Assembly: GCA_963765205.1 (NCBI GenBank)
Contig: CAVXVB010000007.1
Coordinates: 32,001-96,000 of the forward strand
Direction of reading: 5' to 3'
DNA from: an uncultured Verrucomicrobiae bacterium
Lineage (GTDB): Bacteria > Verrucomicrobiota > Verrucomicrobiia > Opitutales > JABDGR01
DNA length: 64,000 nt
In this document: positions 9,590-19,627 of the stretch, piece after piece
Numbering within the stretch: the stretch's first letter is position 1
Layout: every line of letters begins with the position of its first letter
The notes under the pieces: model-generated
The model's database searches: none
What the model saw: only the letters and a program-made list of their open reading frames with translations
What the model was told of the DNA's origin: nothing
Translations under genes and position numbers: made by a program

Positions 9590-11389
9590 ATGAAAACCGC
9601 CGCCAAGGCCAAGCCCATCGTGCCGTTCCCGCCTCAAGACGAGGTGGGACCCGAAATGCGCGGGGCGGACGTCGTCGTCCGCTGCCTTGAGCGCGAGGGC
9701 GTCGAAGTGGTGTTTGCCTATCCCGGCGGCGCTTCGATGGAGCTGCACCAGGCCCTGACGCGCCCGACCACCATCCGCACCATCCTGCCGCGCTTCGAGC
9801 AGGGTGGCGGCTTTATGGCGCACGGCTACGCCCGCGCCACAGGCAAGGCCGGCGTCTGCATGGCCACCAGCGGCCCCGGCGCGACCAACCTCGTCACCTG
9901 CATCGCCGATGCCTACATGGACTCGATTCCGCTGATCGCCATCACCGGCCAGGTCTTCCAGCAATTCATCGGCAAGGGCGCGTTTCAGGAGACGGACTTC
10001 TTCGGGATGACCCTCCCGATCACCAAGCACAGCTACCTCGTCCTTAAGGCCGAGGATTTGCCGCGCGTGTTCAAGGAGGCCTTCCATATCGCCACGACCG
10101 GCCGCCCCGGCCCCGTCGTGATTGATATTCCCAAAGACGTGCAGCAGAAAATCATTAAGCCCGTCTTCCCTGGCGCGATTCACCTCGCCGGCTATCCCGA
10201 GCCGCCCAAGGCCAGCGACGCCGAGCTGGCCAAGGTTCTTGAACTGATCGCCAAGGCCAAGAAGCCCGTCCTGTATATCGGCGGCGGCATTCTCAGCGCC
10301 GACGCCAGCGCCGAGCTGCGCCAATTCGCGGAGCTGACGGGCATCCCCGTGGCCTCGACCCTGATGGGCCTCGGCGCCTTCCCCGCCAACCACCCGCAAA
10401 GCCTCTACTGGTTCGGCATGCACGGCACCGTCGCCGGCAACTGGGCCGTGTGCGACAGCGACCTGCTCATCACCGCCGGCGCGCGTTTTGACGATCGCGT
10501 CACCGGCGTAGTCAGCAAATTCGCCCCACACGCGACCATCGTCCACTTCGACATTGACCGCGCCGAGCACAACAAAAACAAGTTCGCCCAATACCCGATT
10601 GCCTCGGACATCAAATACGCCCTCGCGCGCCTCCTCGAACTCATTGCCGAGACGAAGTGGCAGCGCCCGGACATTTCCGCGTGGATGAAGCAAATCGCCG
10701 CGTGGAAAAAGGAGCATCCCTTCCCCTTTAGCTACGCGAAAAATTCCGAATACATCCTGCCGCAGGAAGCCATCGAAATCCTGTTCGAGGAAACCAAGGG
10801 CGACGCGATTCTCACCACCGGCGTGGGCCAGCACCAGATGTGGACGCCGCAGTATTATCATTTCAAGGAGCCGCGCACCTTCATCAGCTCCCTCGGCCTG
10901 GGCACCATGGGCTTCGGCTTCCCCGCCGCCCTCGGCGCCAAAGTCGCCCGCCCCGACAAGCAAGTCGTGGACGTGGATGGCGACGGCTCCTTCCTGATGA
11001 ACATCCAGGAACTCGCCACCGCCAAAATCGAAAAGATCAACGCCAAGTGCCTGCTCCTCAATAACCAGCACCTCGGCATGGTGGTGCAGTGGGAGGACAA
11101 CTTCTACGCCGGCACCCGCGGCCACACGATCCTGTGCGACCCGGAAAACATCGGCAGCCCGAGCAACCCCGGCGGCATCTATCCTGATTTCGTCACCATC
11201 GCCAAAGGCTTCGGCGTGAAGGCCCGCCGCGTCCTCAAGCGCGAAGACCTCCGCGACGCCATCCGCGAAATGCTCGCCCACGACGGCCCCTACGTGCTCA
11301 ACGTCATCGTCCCCTACACCGAACATGTGCTTCCCTTCATCCCGCAAAGCAAATCAGCGAAGGAGATCATCACCGAGCGGGTGAAGTGA
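9590..11389 (+). CDS. ilvB: Acetolactate synthase large subunit
   Basis: 'FAYPGGAS', 'TSGPGATN', 'GMHG', TPP motif '[12 protein letters not shown]...NN'. Confidence 0.96.
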   Translation: MKTAAKAKPIVPFPPQDEVGPEMRGADVVVRCLEREGVEVVFAYPGGASMELHQALTRPTTIRTILPRFEQGGGFMAHGYARATGKAGVCMATSGPGATNLVTCIADAYMDSIPLIAITGQVFQQFIGKGAFQETDFFGMTLPITKHSYLVLKAEDLPRVFKEAFHIATTGRPGPVVIDIPKDVQQKIIKPVFPGAIHLAGYPEPPKASDAELAKVLELIAKAKKPVLYIGGGILSADASAELRQFAELTGIPVASTLMGLGAFPANHPQSLYWFGMHGTVAGNWAVCDSDLLITAGARFDDRVTGVVSKFAPHATIVHFDIDRAEHNKNKFAQYPIASDIKYALARLLELIAETKWQRPDISAWMKQIAAWKKEHPFPFSYAKNSEYILPQEAIEILFEETKGDAILTTGVGQHQMWTPQYYHFKEPRTFISSLGLGTMGFGFPAALGAKVARPDKQVVDVDGDGSFLMNIQELATAKIEKINAKCLLLNNQHLGMVVQWEDNFYAGTRGHTILCDPENIGSPSNPGGIYPDFVTIAKGFGVKARRVLKREDLRDAIREMLAHDGPYVLNVIVPYTEHVLPFIPQSKSAKEIITERVK

Positions 11390-11451
11390 AGGGGGGAAAT
11401 GACCTCCTCACGTAGTCTTGCCATTTCCCCTGAAAAGGTTAATGTAACCCC

Positions 11452-11670
11452 ATGATCATCGTGCGGTATCCCGACGAGCACGCCAAAGGCCGGGCTTTGG
11501 GCTATCTGGCTGGCCGCTTTTCCTTCAAGAGTTGGGCCACGGGTGAAATGATGGTGCCGGAAAATGCCCTGCCCGCGCTGGCCGTGGAAGGAATTCCTTT
11601 TACCGTGGAAGGCCCCGCCAATTATGAGCGCCTTGCGTCGCTACGAAATCCTCCTCCCGTCCCAGTTTAA
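11452..11670 (+). CDS. Small hypothetical protein
   Basis: 72 aa ORF overlapping a second, truncated small gene. Confidence 0.55.
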   Translation: MIIVRYPDEHAKGRALGYLAGRFSFKSWATGEMMVPENALPALAVEGIPFTVEGPANYERLASLRNPPPVPV

Positions 11671-11704
11671 CGACAGCCGGCCCGTGCCGGAGGAGTGGAA
11701 ATGA
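11624..11704 (+). pseudogene. Truncated N-terminus of a small conserved hypothetical protein
   Basis: MSALRRYEILLPSQFNDSRPVPEEWK*; resembles, from memory, about 100 aa 'RRxEILLP..FNDG.PVP' proteins; stops at the AT-rich insert. Confidence 0.45.
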
Positions 11705-11714
11705 GAATGGATGC

Positions 11715-12115
11715 TCAACTGCCCGGGGAATCACTGGGCACATGATAGACGCCAACTGTTAAACGAAGGCTAAGTGATGGGTCTCGCTTACTTTTCATAA
11801 TTGCAGAAAACTCACCCTGTCGCCTCCCTGCCAAGATTTTTAGAAATCCCTCATGCGACTCTAACAATTTAGGTATCTGATCTAACACCGTTGAAATCTT
11901 GACATTGCGCACAAATAGAAGCACCGCTGTTTTTGCGTCTCGCCAAGTAAGATACTTAAGCAGCTGATCAATGGTATCGTGAAATGCTTTTGCTCCGGAC
12001 CAAAATTTGCATTCAGCAATAAACAAATTACGCCCGTCCTTCCGAATTAAAATGTCCGTCTTGCCTTCAAAATTAAAGGTTTCACCCGTTGCGGCCCCTT
12101 CAAATTGGCCGTTTA
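11715..12115 (-). pseudogene. 5'-truncated PD-(D/E)xK nuclease-domain fragment
   Basis: 'GETFNFEGKTDILI...FIAECKFW...IDQLLKYLTWRD'; AT-rich; upstream frame runs into a palindromic repeat with no credible start. Confidence 0.65.
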
Positions 12116-12275
12116 GCCCACGGAATGAATCGCGCAATTGGTTCTTGCGTCGCGTAGCGACGCTTGAATGACGGCGAGAATCAAGCGTCGGCTGCGCGAC
12201 GCCTTCGCATCTAATCATCCGCTACCGTGGGCTGAAGCGCCACGGCTATTTTCGTTGGGCCACTACGCGGCCCAA
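12112..12275. repeat. REP/MITE-like palindrome cluster
   Basis: gcgtcgcgtagcgacgcttga ... tcaagcgtcggctgcgcgacgc; ccgtgggctgaagcgccacgg; ttgggccactacgcggcccaa. Confidence 0.75.
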
Positions 12276-12320
12276 GCATCCGCTCGTCCGGTTGCTGCGG
12301 CTAAAAATTTTGCAATGGAA

Positions 12321-12782
12321 TTACTTCCCGCACAACTCCTCCAGCCGGCCCAGCGCCGCGTCCATCATCCCGCCGATGCGGTGTTGGGCTACGCGGCGCA
12401 GGAGAAATCGCTTCAGGAAATTGTCCGGCCATTGGCGCGAGTTGAGCCGCACGCGCGTGCCCGCGCCCGCCGGTTCCAGCTCGACATGAAACTCGACGCG
12501 CACCGAGATTTGCGGCGCGGGCCGGCCGTTGAGCAGCTCGCGGTCGTGCTTCCAGGCCAGCCGCCGCGGCGGCTCGTGGATGATGACGGTCTGCTCGATC
12601 TCGAAATGCTTCCGCCCCCATTGCCCGCCCACGCGCTGCCGCCGTCCCACCCCCGCTCCGCTGATCCACTCCGCCGACCTAAAGCCCGCGAACCACTCCG
12701 GCAGCCGCGCCACCGGCTCGACCACCGCCCACACGCGCTCCGGTGGGGCGGCCAAAATTCGTTCGCGGATGACTTCGATCAT
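12321..12782 (-). CDS. SRPBCC (START-like) family protein
   Basis: 'ILAAPPERVWAVV...LPEWFAG', 'EPPRRLAW', 'GTRV', C-terminal helix. Confidence 0.8.
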   Translation of the reverse strand: MIEVIRERILAAPPERVWAVVEPVARLPEWFAGFRSAEWISGAGVGRRQRVGGQWGRKHFEIEQTVIIHEPPRRLAWKHDRELLNGRPAPQISVRVEFHVELEPAGAGTRVRLNSRQWPDNFLKRFLLRRVAQHRIGGMMDAALGRLEELCGK

Positions 12783-12794
12783 AAGCCAGGGATT

Positions 12795-12948
12795 TTTAGA
12801 CAGAATTAACAAAATGGACAGAATTTTTTTCACCACGAATTTCGCGGACAGCATCTAGGCTTTTTGTATGCATCAGTGCTATTCGTGCAATCCGTGGTCA
12901 CCCGCCGTCTTTCCATAAATTCTGTCAATTCTGTTAATTCTGTCTAAA
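12795..12948. repeat. Nested inverted 9-mer modules
   Basis: Outer tttagacagaattaacaaaatggacagaattt / aaattctgtcaattctgttaattctgtctaaa; inner accacgaatttcgcgga / ttcgtgcaatccgtggt. Confidence 0.8.
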
Positions 12949-12956
12949 CTCCCCCC

Positions 12957-14147
12957 ATGGCCGCCGACCCCTTTGCCTTTTACACCGCCCTGCCCGTCTG
13001 CCCCTCGTTCGCGGATGTGACCCGCACGGAGGTTTATCGGCCGCTGCCCGACGACTGGGTCATCGTCATCGGCGATGTCGAAGGCTCGACCGCCGCCATC
13101 GCGCGCGGGCAATACAAGGACGTGAACCTCGTCGGCAGCTCGCTCCTCATCGCCTCCTTCAACGCCCTTGGGCGCTCGGATATTCCGTTTATCTTCGGCG
13201 GCGATGGCGCGACCCTCGCGCTGCCCGAGTCCGAACTCGCCCGCGTGCGCCCGGCCTTTCTCGCCACGCGGCGCATGGCGCGCGACGGGTTCGACCTCGA
13301 CCTGCGCATCGGCGTCGTGCCGATGCGCGACTTGCGCGCCGCAGGCCACGATGCCGCGGTCGCGCGCGTGCGGCTCTCCGACCGTTTTGCGCTCGCCGCG
13401 TTTTGGGGCGACGGCCTCGCCTGGGCGGAAAAAATGGTCAAAGACCCGCAGGCCGGCGCGCGCTACCGCATCGAGGAATACGCCGCGCCGACGGCGGAGA
13501 CCTTTGTCGGCCTCGAATGCCGCTGGCGCGGCGTGCCCAGCGAGCAGGGCGAAACGCTCGCGCTCCTCGTGCAGGCCACCGCGCCGCGCGCCGGCGACCA
13601 AGTGCGCATCTATGTGACCGTGGTCGAAAAACTGGTGGAAATTTTCGGCGACCAGGCCGGCAATCCCATCGCCATCACTCAACTGCAACTGGCGGGCGAC
13701 CCTGCCGCCGCCGCGCGCGAAACCCGCGTCCACCGCAGCCAGGCCGGCGTGCTCGCGCAAAAATTATTTCAACTGCGCGTTCGCTTCCTCAGCGCGCTCG
13801 GCAGTTGGTTCATGCGTCATCGCATCAAGTTCTGGAAAATTGACTGGAGCCGCTACACGGAGGATGTCGTGCGCAACAGCGATTTTCGCAAATTCGACGG
13901 CACGCTCCGCATGGTCCTCTCCGCGACCGAGGCGCAGCGCACGGCCCTCGTCGCGTGGCTCGAAGCGCGCCACCGTGCGGGCGAACTGGCCTACGGCCTC
14001 CACATCGCGAAGGAAGCCCTCGTCACCTGTCTCATCTTCGAGCGCGAAGGTGGCCACCTGCATTTCATTGACGGCGCGGGCGGCGGCTACGCCCTCGCCT
14101 CCGCCGACCTCAAAGCCCGCCTCGCCGTGCTCGCCGGCTTGGCGTGA
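12957..14147 (+). CDS. DUF3095 family protein
   Basis: 'DVEGSTAAIARGQYKDVNLVG', 'FIFGGDGA', 'GLECRW', 'NSDFRKFDG', 'HFIDGAGGGYALA'. Confidence 0.85.
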   Translation: MAADPFAFYTALPVCPSFADVTRTEVYRPLPDDWVIVIGDVEGSTAAIARGQYKDVNLVGSSLLIASFNALGRSDIPFIFGGDGATLALPESELARVRPAFLATRRMARDGFDLDLRIGVVPMRDLRAAGHDAAVARVRLSDRFALAAFWGDGLAWAEKMVKDPQAGARYRIEEYAAPTAETFVGLECRWRGVPSEQGETLALLVQATAPRAGDQVRIYVTVVEKLVEIFGDQAGNPIAITQLQLAGDPAAAARETRVHRSQAGVLAQKLFQLRVRFLSALGSWFMRHRIKFWKIDWSRYTEDVVRNSDFRKFDGTLRMVLSATEAQRTALVAWLEARHRAGELAYGLHIAKEALVTCLIFEREGGHLHFIDGAGGGYALASADLKARLAVLAGLA

Positions 14148-14196
14148 AAGGACTTCCTCCGTATGATTAAACGCAACGGAAACCTCCGCGGATTGG

Positions 14197-15273
14197 TTAA
14201 TGACGGCTTCGCCCCGGCCAGGTGGCCGGGCGCTTCCAAAAATCATCGTTGCGGCCGCCGTAGTAGGAATCCAGCACGCGGTCCATCACGCGCGAGGTGC
14301 GCGCGGCGGACGCGCCGGGGCTGGGGCAGGTGCCGCGGCCGCGTAATTCGTCCACGACGGTTTGAATCAACGGCTGCGCTACGTGCGCGGGCGGCGTGAA
14401 GGGAAATTCGCGCACGGGCCTGTCGGCGGTTTCGAGGCGCAGCGGTTCGCTGCCGAAGGTTGAAAAGGTCAGGCGCGCGTGGGTGCCGGTGATTTGGAAA
14501 AAATCTTCGGCGGGGTGGACCGCGCCGGCGAAATTCCACGTGGCGGTGCCGGGCGCGCCGGTGGGCGTGCGGAAACTCAGTGCCAGCGTGTCCTCGACGT
14601 CGTAGCCGGAGGCGAGGTTGGCGGCGTGGCCCGCGACGTCCTCGAGCGCGCCGAAAAAGAAATCGAGCAGGTCGAGCGTATGGGAACCGATATCGAGGAA
14701 AAATCCGCCGCCGGCGTTTTCGGCGTCGAGCCGCCAGGGCAAATCACCGGGGGGCGCGGCGTGGCGCGCGTCGGTGAATTGGTAATGGACGTTCGTCACG
14801 CGGCCCAGCGCGGTCTCGATCAATTCCTTCGCCTGGAGAAAGCGCGGCTGCGCGCGGCGATAATAGGCGACGAACAGCGGCAAACGCGCGCGGGCGAACT
14901 CGGCGACCATTTGGTCGCACTCGGCGGCGCTGCGCGCCATCGGTTTTTCGACATGGCAGGGCTTGCCCGCGGCGGCCACGCGGAGCGCGAGTTCGAGATG
15001 CGAACCGGGCGGCGTGGCGATATACACGGCGTCCACGTCCGGGTCGCGGATCAGCGCGTCGGCATCGCTGAACCATTTTGGCACGTGGTGGCGGAGCGCA
15101 TAATCCTCGGCCAGCGCGGCGTTGCGGCGCATGACGGCGACGAGTTGCGAACCGTCCACCTTCTGGAAACCCGGCCCGCTTTTGACTTCGGTCACGTCTC
15201 CGCAGCCGACAATGCCCCAACGAATCAGGTCGCGCGGAACCCACGCGGAAGAGGAAGAGGAGGCGGCAGCCAT
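14197..15273 (-). CDS. Gfo/Idh/MocA oxidoreductase
   Basis: 'WGIVGCGDVTEVKSGP', 'VYIATPP', 'EKP', 'DIGSH'. Confidence 0.9.
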   Translation of the reverse strand: MAAASSSSSAWVPRDLIRWGIVGCGDVTEVKSGPGFQKVDGSQLVAVMRRNAALAEDYALRHHVPKWFSDADALIRDPDVDAVYIATPPGSHLELALRVAAAGKPCHVEKPMARSAAECDQMVAEFARARLPLFVAYYRRAQPRFLQAKELIETALGRVTNVHYQFTDARHAAPPGDLPWRLDAENAGGGFFLDIGSHTLDLLDFFFGALEDVAGHAANLASGYDVEDTLALSFRTPTGAPGTATWNFAGAVHPAEDFFQITGTHARLTFSTFGSEPLRLETADRPVREFPFTPPAHVAQPLIQTVVDELRGRGTCPSPGASAARTSRVMDRVLDSYYGGRNDDFWKRPATWPGRSRH

Positions 15274-15422
15274 GCCGCAGGTTATGGCGGCCACGCCCCT
15301 CGACGGCAAAATAAATTTTCAGCACTGACTTGCGTGGAAAATTCCCTAAAAATCCACTTTTTGCATCCCGTCTTTCACATTTTCATTTCGCCATTCAGCA
15401 TTCATAACTCCGCATTCTTCCT

Positions 15423-16919
15423 ATGCCTCCTTTTCGCGACCTTCCCTTTGGCCAGCCCGTGCCCGATTCGCCGCACGCCGTGCTGTGCAGCCTGCCGCGC
15501 CTGGCTGACGTGATTGGCTACGAGGAGCGCCGGCCGGAGGTCGTTGCCGCCATGCGCTCCGGCTACCCGCGCTTTCTGACCAATCCCCTCGTCGCCCACG
15601 CCCAGCAGTGGGCCGCGCGGGAACTCGGCTGCGCAAACACCGAAGTCCGGCTCGTGCAGACGGAGCGATTGGCAACAGGTATGGCGCGGTTCGCGCGGCA
15701 AACCACCGCGCTGAAAGCCTGGCGCGGCGCGTGGGCGGTGGAGATTGAAAAAGCTCCCGAAAGTCTGGCGCGCGCGAAAGCCTTCCATCAACATACCGGC
15801 GCGGCCATCACCTCGCGCCAGGCCGAGGATATTTTAATCGCCGCGGGCGCGCCAACTTCGCCATTCGCCGAAGCCATCTACTCCGGCGATGCCGCCACCA
15901 AAGTTCGCGCCAACCTCGCCGAGGCCTTCGGTGTCGCCGACCCGGCGGATATTTTGCTCACCGGTTCGGGCATGACGGCCTTTTACGAAGTCTTCGCAGC
16001 GGTGCGCGCGGCACAGCTTCCGCGCGGGCGGGGTCTTTGGCTCCAGCTCGGCTGGCAATACGTGGATACCACCGAGATTCTGCAAAAATTCCTTGGCCCC
16101 GGCGAACGCTGCCGGTTTTGGCCCGACGTGTTTGACGCCGCGGGACTCGAAGCTTTTTTTGCCAAACACGGCCCGGAACTCGCCGGAGTCGTCGCCGAAT
16201 TTCCCACCAATCCGCTCCTGCACGCGGGTGACCTGCCGGCGCTCCACGCTCTCTGCCAAAAGCACGGTGCCGCCCTCATTGCCGACCCGACGCTCGCCAG
16301 CCCGCGCGTCGTGGACGTGCTGCCGCACAGCGATGTCGCCGTCAACAGCCTGACCAAATTTGCCGGCAACGAAGGCGATGTCATGGGTGGCGCGGTCGTG
16401 TTTAATCCCGCTTCGAGCTGGACTGGGCGGCTGCGGGAGGCGGTGGCCGCGAACCTTGCGCCGCATTATCCGCGCGATCTCGCGCGCCTCGCCGCGCAAA
16501 TTGACGGTTACGCGCCGCTGGTGGAAAAGGCCACCGTGTCCGCCGCGCGTCTTGCGCAATTTCTCGAGCGCCACCCCGCCGTGAAATCCGTGCATTGGAC
16601 TGGCGACGAAAAATCGCGGGCGAATTTCGCGCGCCTCGCCCGCCGGCCCGGGCTGAACGGCAGTGTGTTCAGTTTCGTGCTGCATGGCGACCTCGCGCGC
16701 TTTTACGACCGGGTGCAAATTGTCAAAGGGCCGAGCTTTGGCGTGAATTTCACGCTCCTGTGCCCTTTTATGTTTCTTGCGCATTACGACCTCGTGAATA
16801 CGCCCGCCGGGCGCGCGCAGCTCGCCCGCCTCGGGCTCGATCCCGCGCTCATCCGCGTTTCCGTCGGCGCGGAGCCGTATGTGCAAATCGAGGCGGCCTT
16901 CGCTGCCGCGCTGAAGTGA
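15423..16919 (+). CDS. PLP-dependent cystathionine gamma-synthase-like enzyme (long, Str2-like type)
   Basis: 'SGM', 'EFPTNPLL', 'SLTKF.G..DVMGG', 'KGPSFG', 'IRVSVGAE'. Confidence 0.8.
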   Translation: MPPFRDLPFGQPVPDSPHAVLCSLPRLADVIGYEERRPEVVAAMRSGYPRFLTNPLVAHAQQWAARELGCANTEVRLVQTERLATGMARFARQTTALKAWRGAWAVEIEKAPESLARAKAFHQHTGAAITSRQAEDILIAAGAPTSPFAEAIYSGDAATKVRANLAEAFGVADPADILLTGSGMTAFYEVFAAVRAAQLPRGRGLWLQLGWQYVDTTEILQKFLGPGERCRFWPDVFDAAGLEAFFAKHGPELAGVVAEFPTNPLLHAGDLPALHALCQKHGAALIADPTLASPRVVDVLPHSDVAVNSLTKFAGNEGDVMGGAVVFNPASSWTGRLREAVAANLAPHYPRDLARLAAQIDGYAPLVEKATVSAARLAQFLERHPAVKSVHWTGDEKSRANFARLARRPGLNGSVFSFVLHGDLARFYDRVQIVKGPSFGVNFTLLCPFMFLAHYDLVNTPAGRAQLARLGLDPALIRVSVGAEPYVQIEAAFAAALK

Positions 16920-17065
16920 CGGGACGGGCGGCCTCTCCGCGCATCGGGCTTTGGTCCCCATCCATTGCCTCCTTGCCCTGGGCGCAAGAATTTGCTTAGT
17001 TGGTGGAACTTCCCGGATTAAACTTCAGATCGTCTTTATCACCCCCCACTCTGAAAGGTTGCCCC

Positions 17066-19237
17066 ATGAACACCCCCCTGACTCGCGGCCTGGGCCGTTT
17101 GTTGGCTTTGGTTTCCATTTTAACCGCGCTGGCCCAGCCGGCGCTGCAGGCCGCGGACGCCGCGGCCCCGGTCGTTGCCAAATCCACCGTCAACGCGCCC
17201 GTCACCGTCACCGACAATGGCGCGAACTGGACGCTCGACAACGGCATCGTCAAAGCGACGATTGGCAAGCGCGACGGCCGGATGACGGCGCTGGTTTTTC
17301 ACGGCATCAACACCATGGGCAGCACCGGCGGCGGTTACTGGGAGTCGTTGCCAGCCGGCGCGACCGACAGTCTGACGATTGACCCGGCGACCAACGGCGG
17401 CGAGCGCGCTGAAGTCTCCATCAAAGGCACGCCCGGCCGGGCCATTGATATTGAGCTGCGCTACGCGCTGGGCCGCGGCGAAAGCGGCATTTACGCCTAC
17501 GCGATTTACAACCACCCGGCGGCCAACGGCGCGGGCAGTTACGGCGAAAACCGTTATATCACGAAGCTGAACAAGGACTTTAACTGGCTCTCCGTGGATG
17601 CCGACCGCAACCTGCTCGAATGCACGCCGCAGGACTGGGGCGCGGGCGTCGTCGTCCACGCCAAGGAGCAACGCATCCTGAACACCGGCCTCTTCAAGAA
17701 TTCCGTCGAGCACAAATACAGCTACAACGCCGTGCAATACAAAATCCCCGCCTACGGCTGGTCCAGCACCCAGGACCATGTCGGCGTCTGGTTAATCAAC
17801 CCCACCACCGAATACCTCTCGGGCGGCGCTTCCAAACTGGAACTCGTCTGCCATTTCGACGCCAATAACGACCCCGACCCGATCATTCTTGATTACTGGT
17901 GCGCCGGCCACTACGCCGGCGGCGCGGGCTGCAACATCCCTGCGGGTGAAGAATGGAGCAAAGTCGTCGGCCCAGTTTTCGTCTATTGCAACACCCTGGC
18001 CAACCCCAAGACCCCCTCGCAGGCCGACCTCGACACCCTGAACGCCACGGCGGGCAACCCCACCGTGCCGGCCGCTTGGAAGGATAACGCGACCGCCTTG
18101 TTTCAGGATGCCCTCGCTCAGGCCAAAATTGAAAAAGCCCGGTGGCCCTACGATTGGGTCAATGGCGTAGACTACCCGCATAAAGACCAGCGCGGCAACG
18201 TCACCGGCCAGCTCGTGCTCAACGACCCGCAGGCGGCCACCACCAAGCTGCCCCATCTGACGGTCGGCCTCGCCCATCCCGATTACATCAGCAACGCCGG
18301 CGGCTTCGTGGCGCGGGCCGGCAACGGCAATGTCATTACCTGGCCGCACGACGGCAATTACTACCAATTCTGGACCGACGGCGCCGAGGACGGCCAGTTC
18401 TCCATCACCAATGTCCGCCCCGGCACCTACACCCTGCACGCGTTTGCCGACGGCGTGCTCGGCGAGTTTGCCCAAACCAACATCACGGTCGAGGCGGGCA
18501 AATCGCTGGAACTGGGCAAGCTCGTCTGGCAGCCCGTGCGCTACGGCAAGCAGGTTTGGGAAATCGGCTACCCCGACCGCACCGGCGGGAAATTCTTCAA
18601 GGGCGACGGCGCCAATTACTGGCTCTGGGGCTGGAATATGCGCTACGCCCTCTTGTTCCCGAACGACATTACCTACACCGTCGGCAAGAGCGATTACCAC
18701 AAGGACTGGTTCTTTGAGGAAGTCCCCCATGCGACGGACCTGTCCTTTGTCAATCCCGCCGCCAAAGACCCCGCCAACCAGCGCTATGGCTGGGTCCAGT
18801 CCTTCCCGACCGGCTCCCCCGACCCTTGGCGCACCTGGGGCCGCGGCCGCGCGACGACGTGGACCATCAAGTTCAATATGGACAAACCTTCGCAGGGCTA
18901 CGCGGCCTTGCGTGTGGCGCTGGCTGGCGCGGACGGTGGTGGCACCCTGGCCGTGGCCGTTAATGGCCAGAGTGTCGGGGCCATCGGCGATAACAGCTCC
19001 GCCGCCAACGCCCGCATCGTGGCCACCAACGCCATCCGCTACAACACCGACACCGGCGTCTGGCAAGAGCGCACCAAAACCTTCGATGCCTCCCTCCTCA
19101 AAACGGGCGAAAATGAAATTACCCTCACTGTGCCCGCTGGCGATCTCGAAAGCGGCGTCGTTTATGACTATCTGCGTCTCGAACTGAACAATGCTTACAA
19201 AGTGGACGGCACGCCGATCACGCCGCCCAAGTCGTAA
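17066..19237 (+). CDS. Secreted rhamnogalacturonan lyase (PL4)
   Basis: Signal peptide; 'VEHKYSY', 'EYLSGG', 'WPY', 'NVRPGTYTL', 'WEIGYPDR', 'YDYLRLE'. Confidence 0.85.
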   Translation: MNTPLTRGLGRLLALVSILTALAQPALQAADAAAPVVAKSTVNAPVTVTDNGANWTLDNGIVKATIGKRDGRMTALVFHGINTMGSTGGGYWESLPAGATDSLTIDPATNGGERAEVSIKGTPGRAIDIELRYALGRGESGIYAYAIYNHPAANGAGSYGENRYITKLNKDFNWLSVDADRNLLECTPQDWGAGVVVHAKEQRILNTGLFKNSVEHKYSYNAVQYKIPAYGWSSTQDHVGVWLINPTTEYLSGGASKLELVCHFDANNDPDPIILDYWCAGHYAGGAGCNIPAGEEWSKVVGPVFVYCNTLANPKTPSQADLDTLNATAGNPTVPAAWKDNATALFQDALAQAKIEKARWPYDWVNGVDYPHKDQRGNVTGQLVLNDPQAATTKLPHLTVGLAHPDYISNAGGFVARAGNGNVITWPHDGNYYQFWTDGAEDGQFSITNVRPGTYTLHAFADGVLGEFAQTNITVEAGKSLELGKLVWQPVRYGKQVWEIGYPDRTGGKFFKGDGANYWLWGWNMRYALLFPNDITYTVGKSDYHKDWFFEEVPHATDLSFVNPAAKDPANQRYGWVQSFPTGSPDPWRTWGRGRATTWTIKFNMDKPSQGYAALRVALAGADGGGTLAVAVNGQSVGAIGDNSSAANARIVATNAIRYNTDTGVWQERTKTFDASLLKTGENEITLTVPAGDLESGVVYDYLRLELNNAYKVDGTPITPPKS

Positions 19238-19498
19238 ATTTCCTTTGCGCCATTTTTGCGCAAACTCGGAAGCTTGGGATAAATCTGCCCGTCCCTCTCT
19301 GGCCTGTGGAACGGCGGCGACCGACTTACCTAACACCTTGCCCGTTTGGCACTTGCTGCCGGATCATAGGCCCGACGGCAATTTTGTGGGCGAATTATCT
19401 CCCGTCCCGAAAACTTGGCACGAAACGTGGTATAATGGAGGCGCAACATCTCCTCCGGGAGAATGGGGTAACAAGCAGCAACGAGATCGAAAATCAGT

Positions 19499-19537
19499 GG
19501 CGGGCCGCTTAGGGGTAGGCGGCCCGCCTTTATTTTT
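19499..19537 (+). terminator. Intrinsic terminator
   Basis: Stem ggcgggccgc/gcggcccgcc followed by tttattttt. Confidence 0.7.
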
Positions 19538-19627
19538 GGAAGTGGAGGCGCCCCGCCCAACCACCGGCCTCCATTCCAAGTGCCGGCCGGTTCAAATTTT
19601 CATTCTTCTTTTTCCATATTCCATTCA

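Noticed and set aside
9542..11347. Long antisense or alternate-frame ORFs (e.g. 9542-11347, 1640-2659, 17792-19336, 26681-27895, 58765-60000)
   Set aside because: Shadow ORFs of high-GC genes with no recognisable motifs; the opposite strand holds the real gene.
19415..19431. Sigma-54 promoter (TTGGCACG...)
   Set aside because: The -12 element reads GTGG rather than TTGC, and there is no clear downstream gene.
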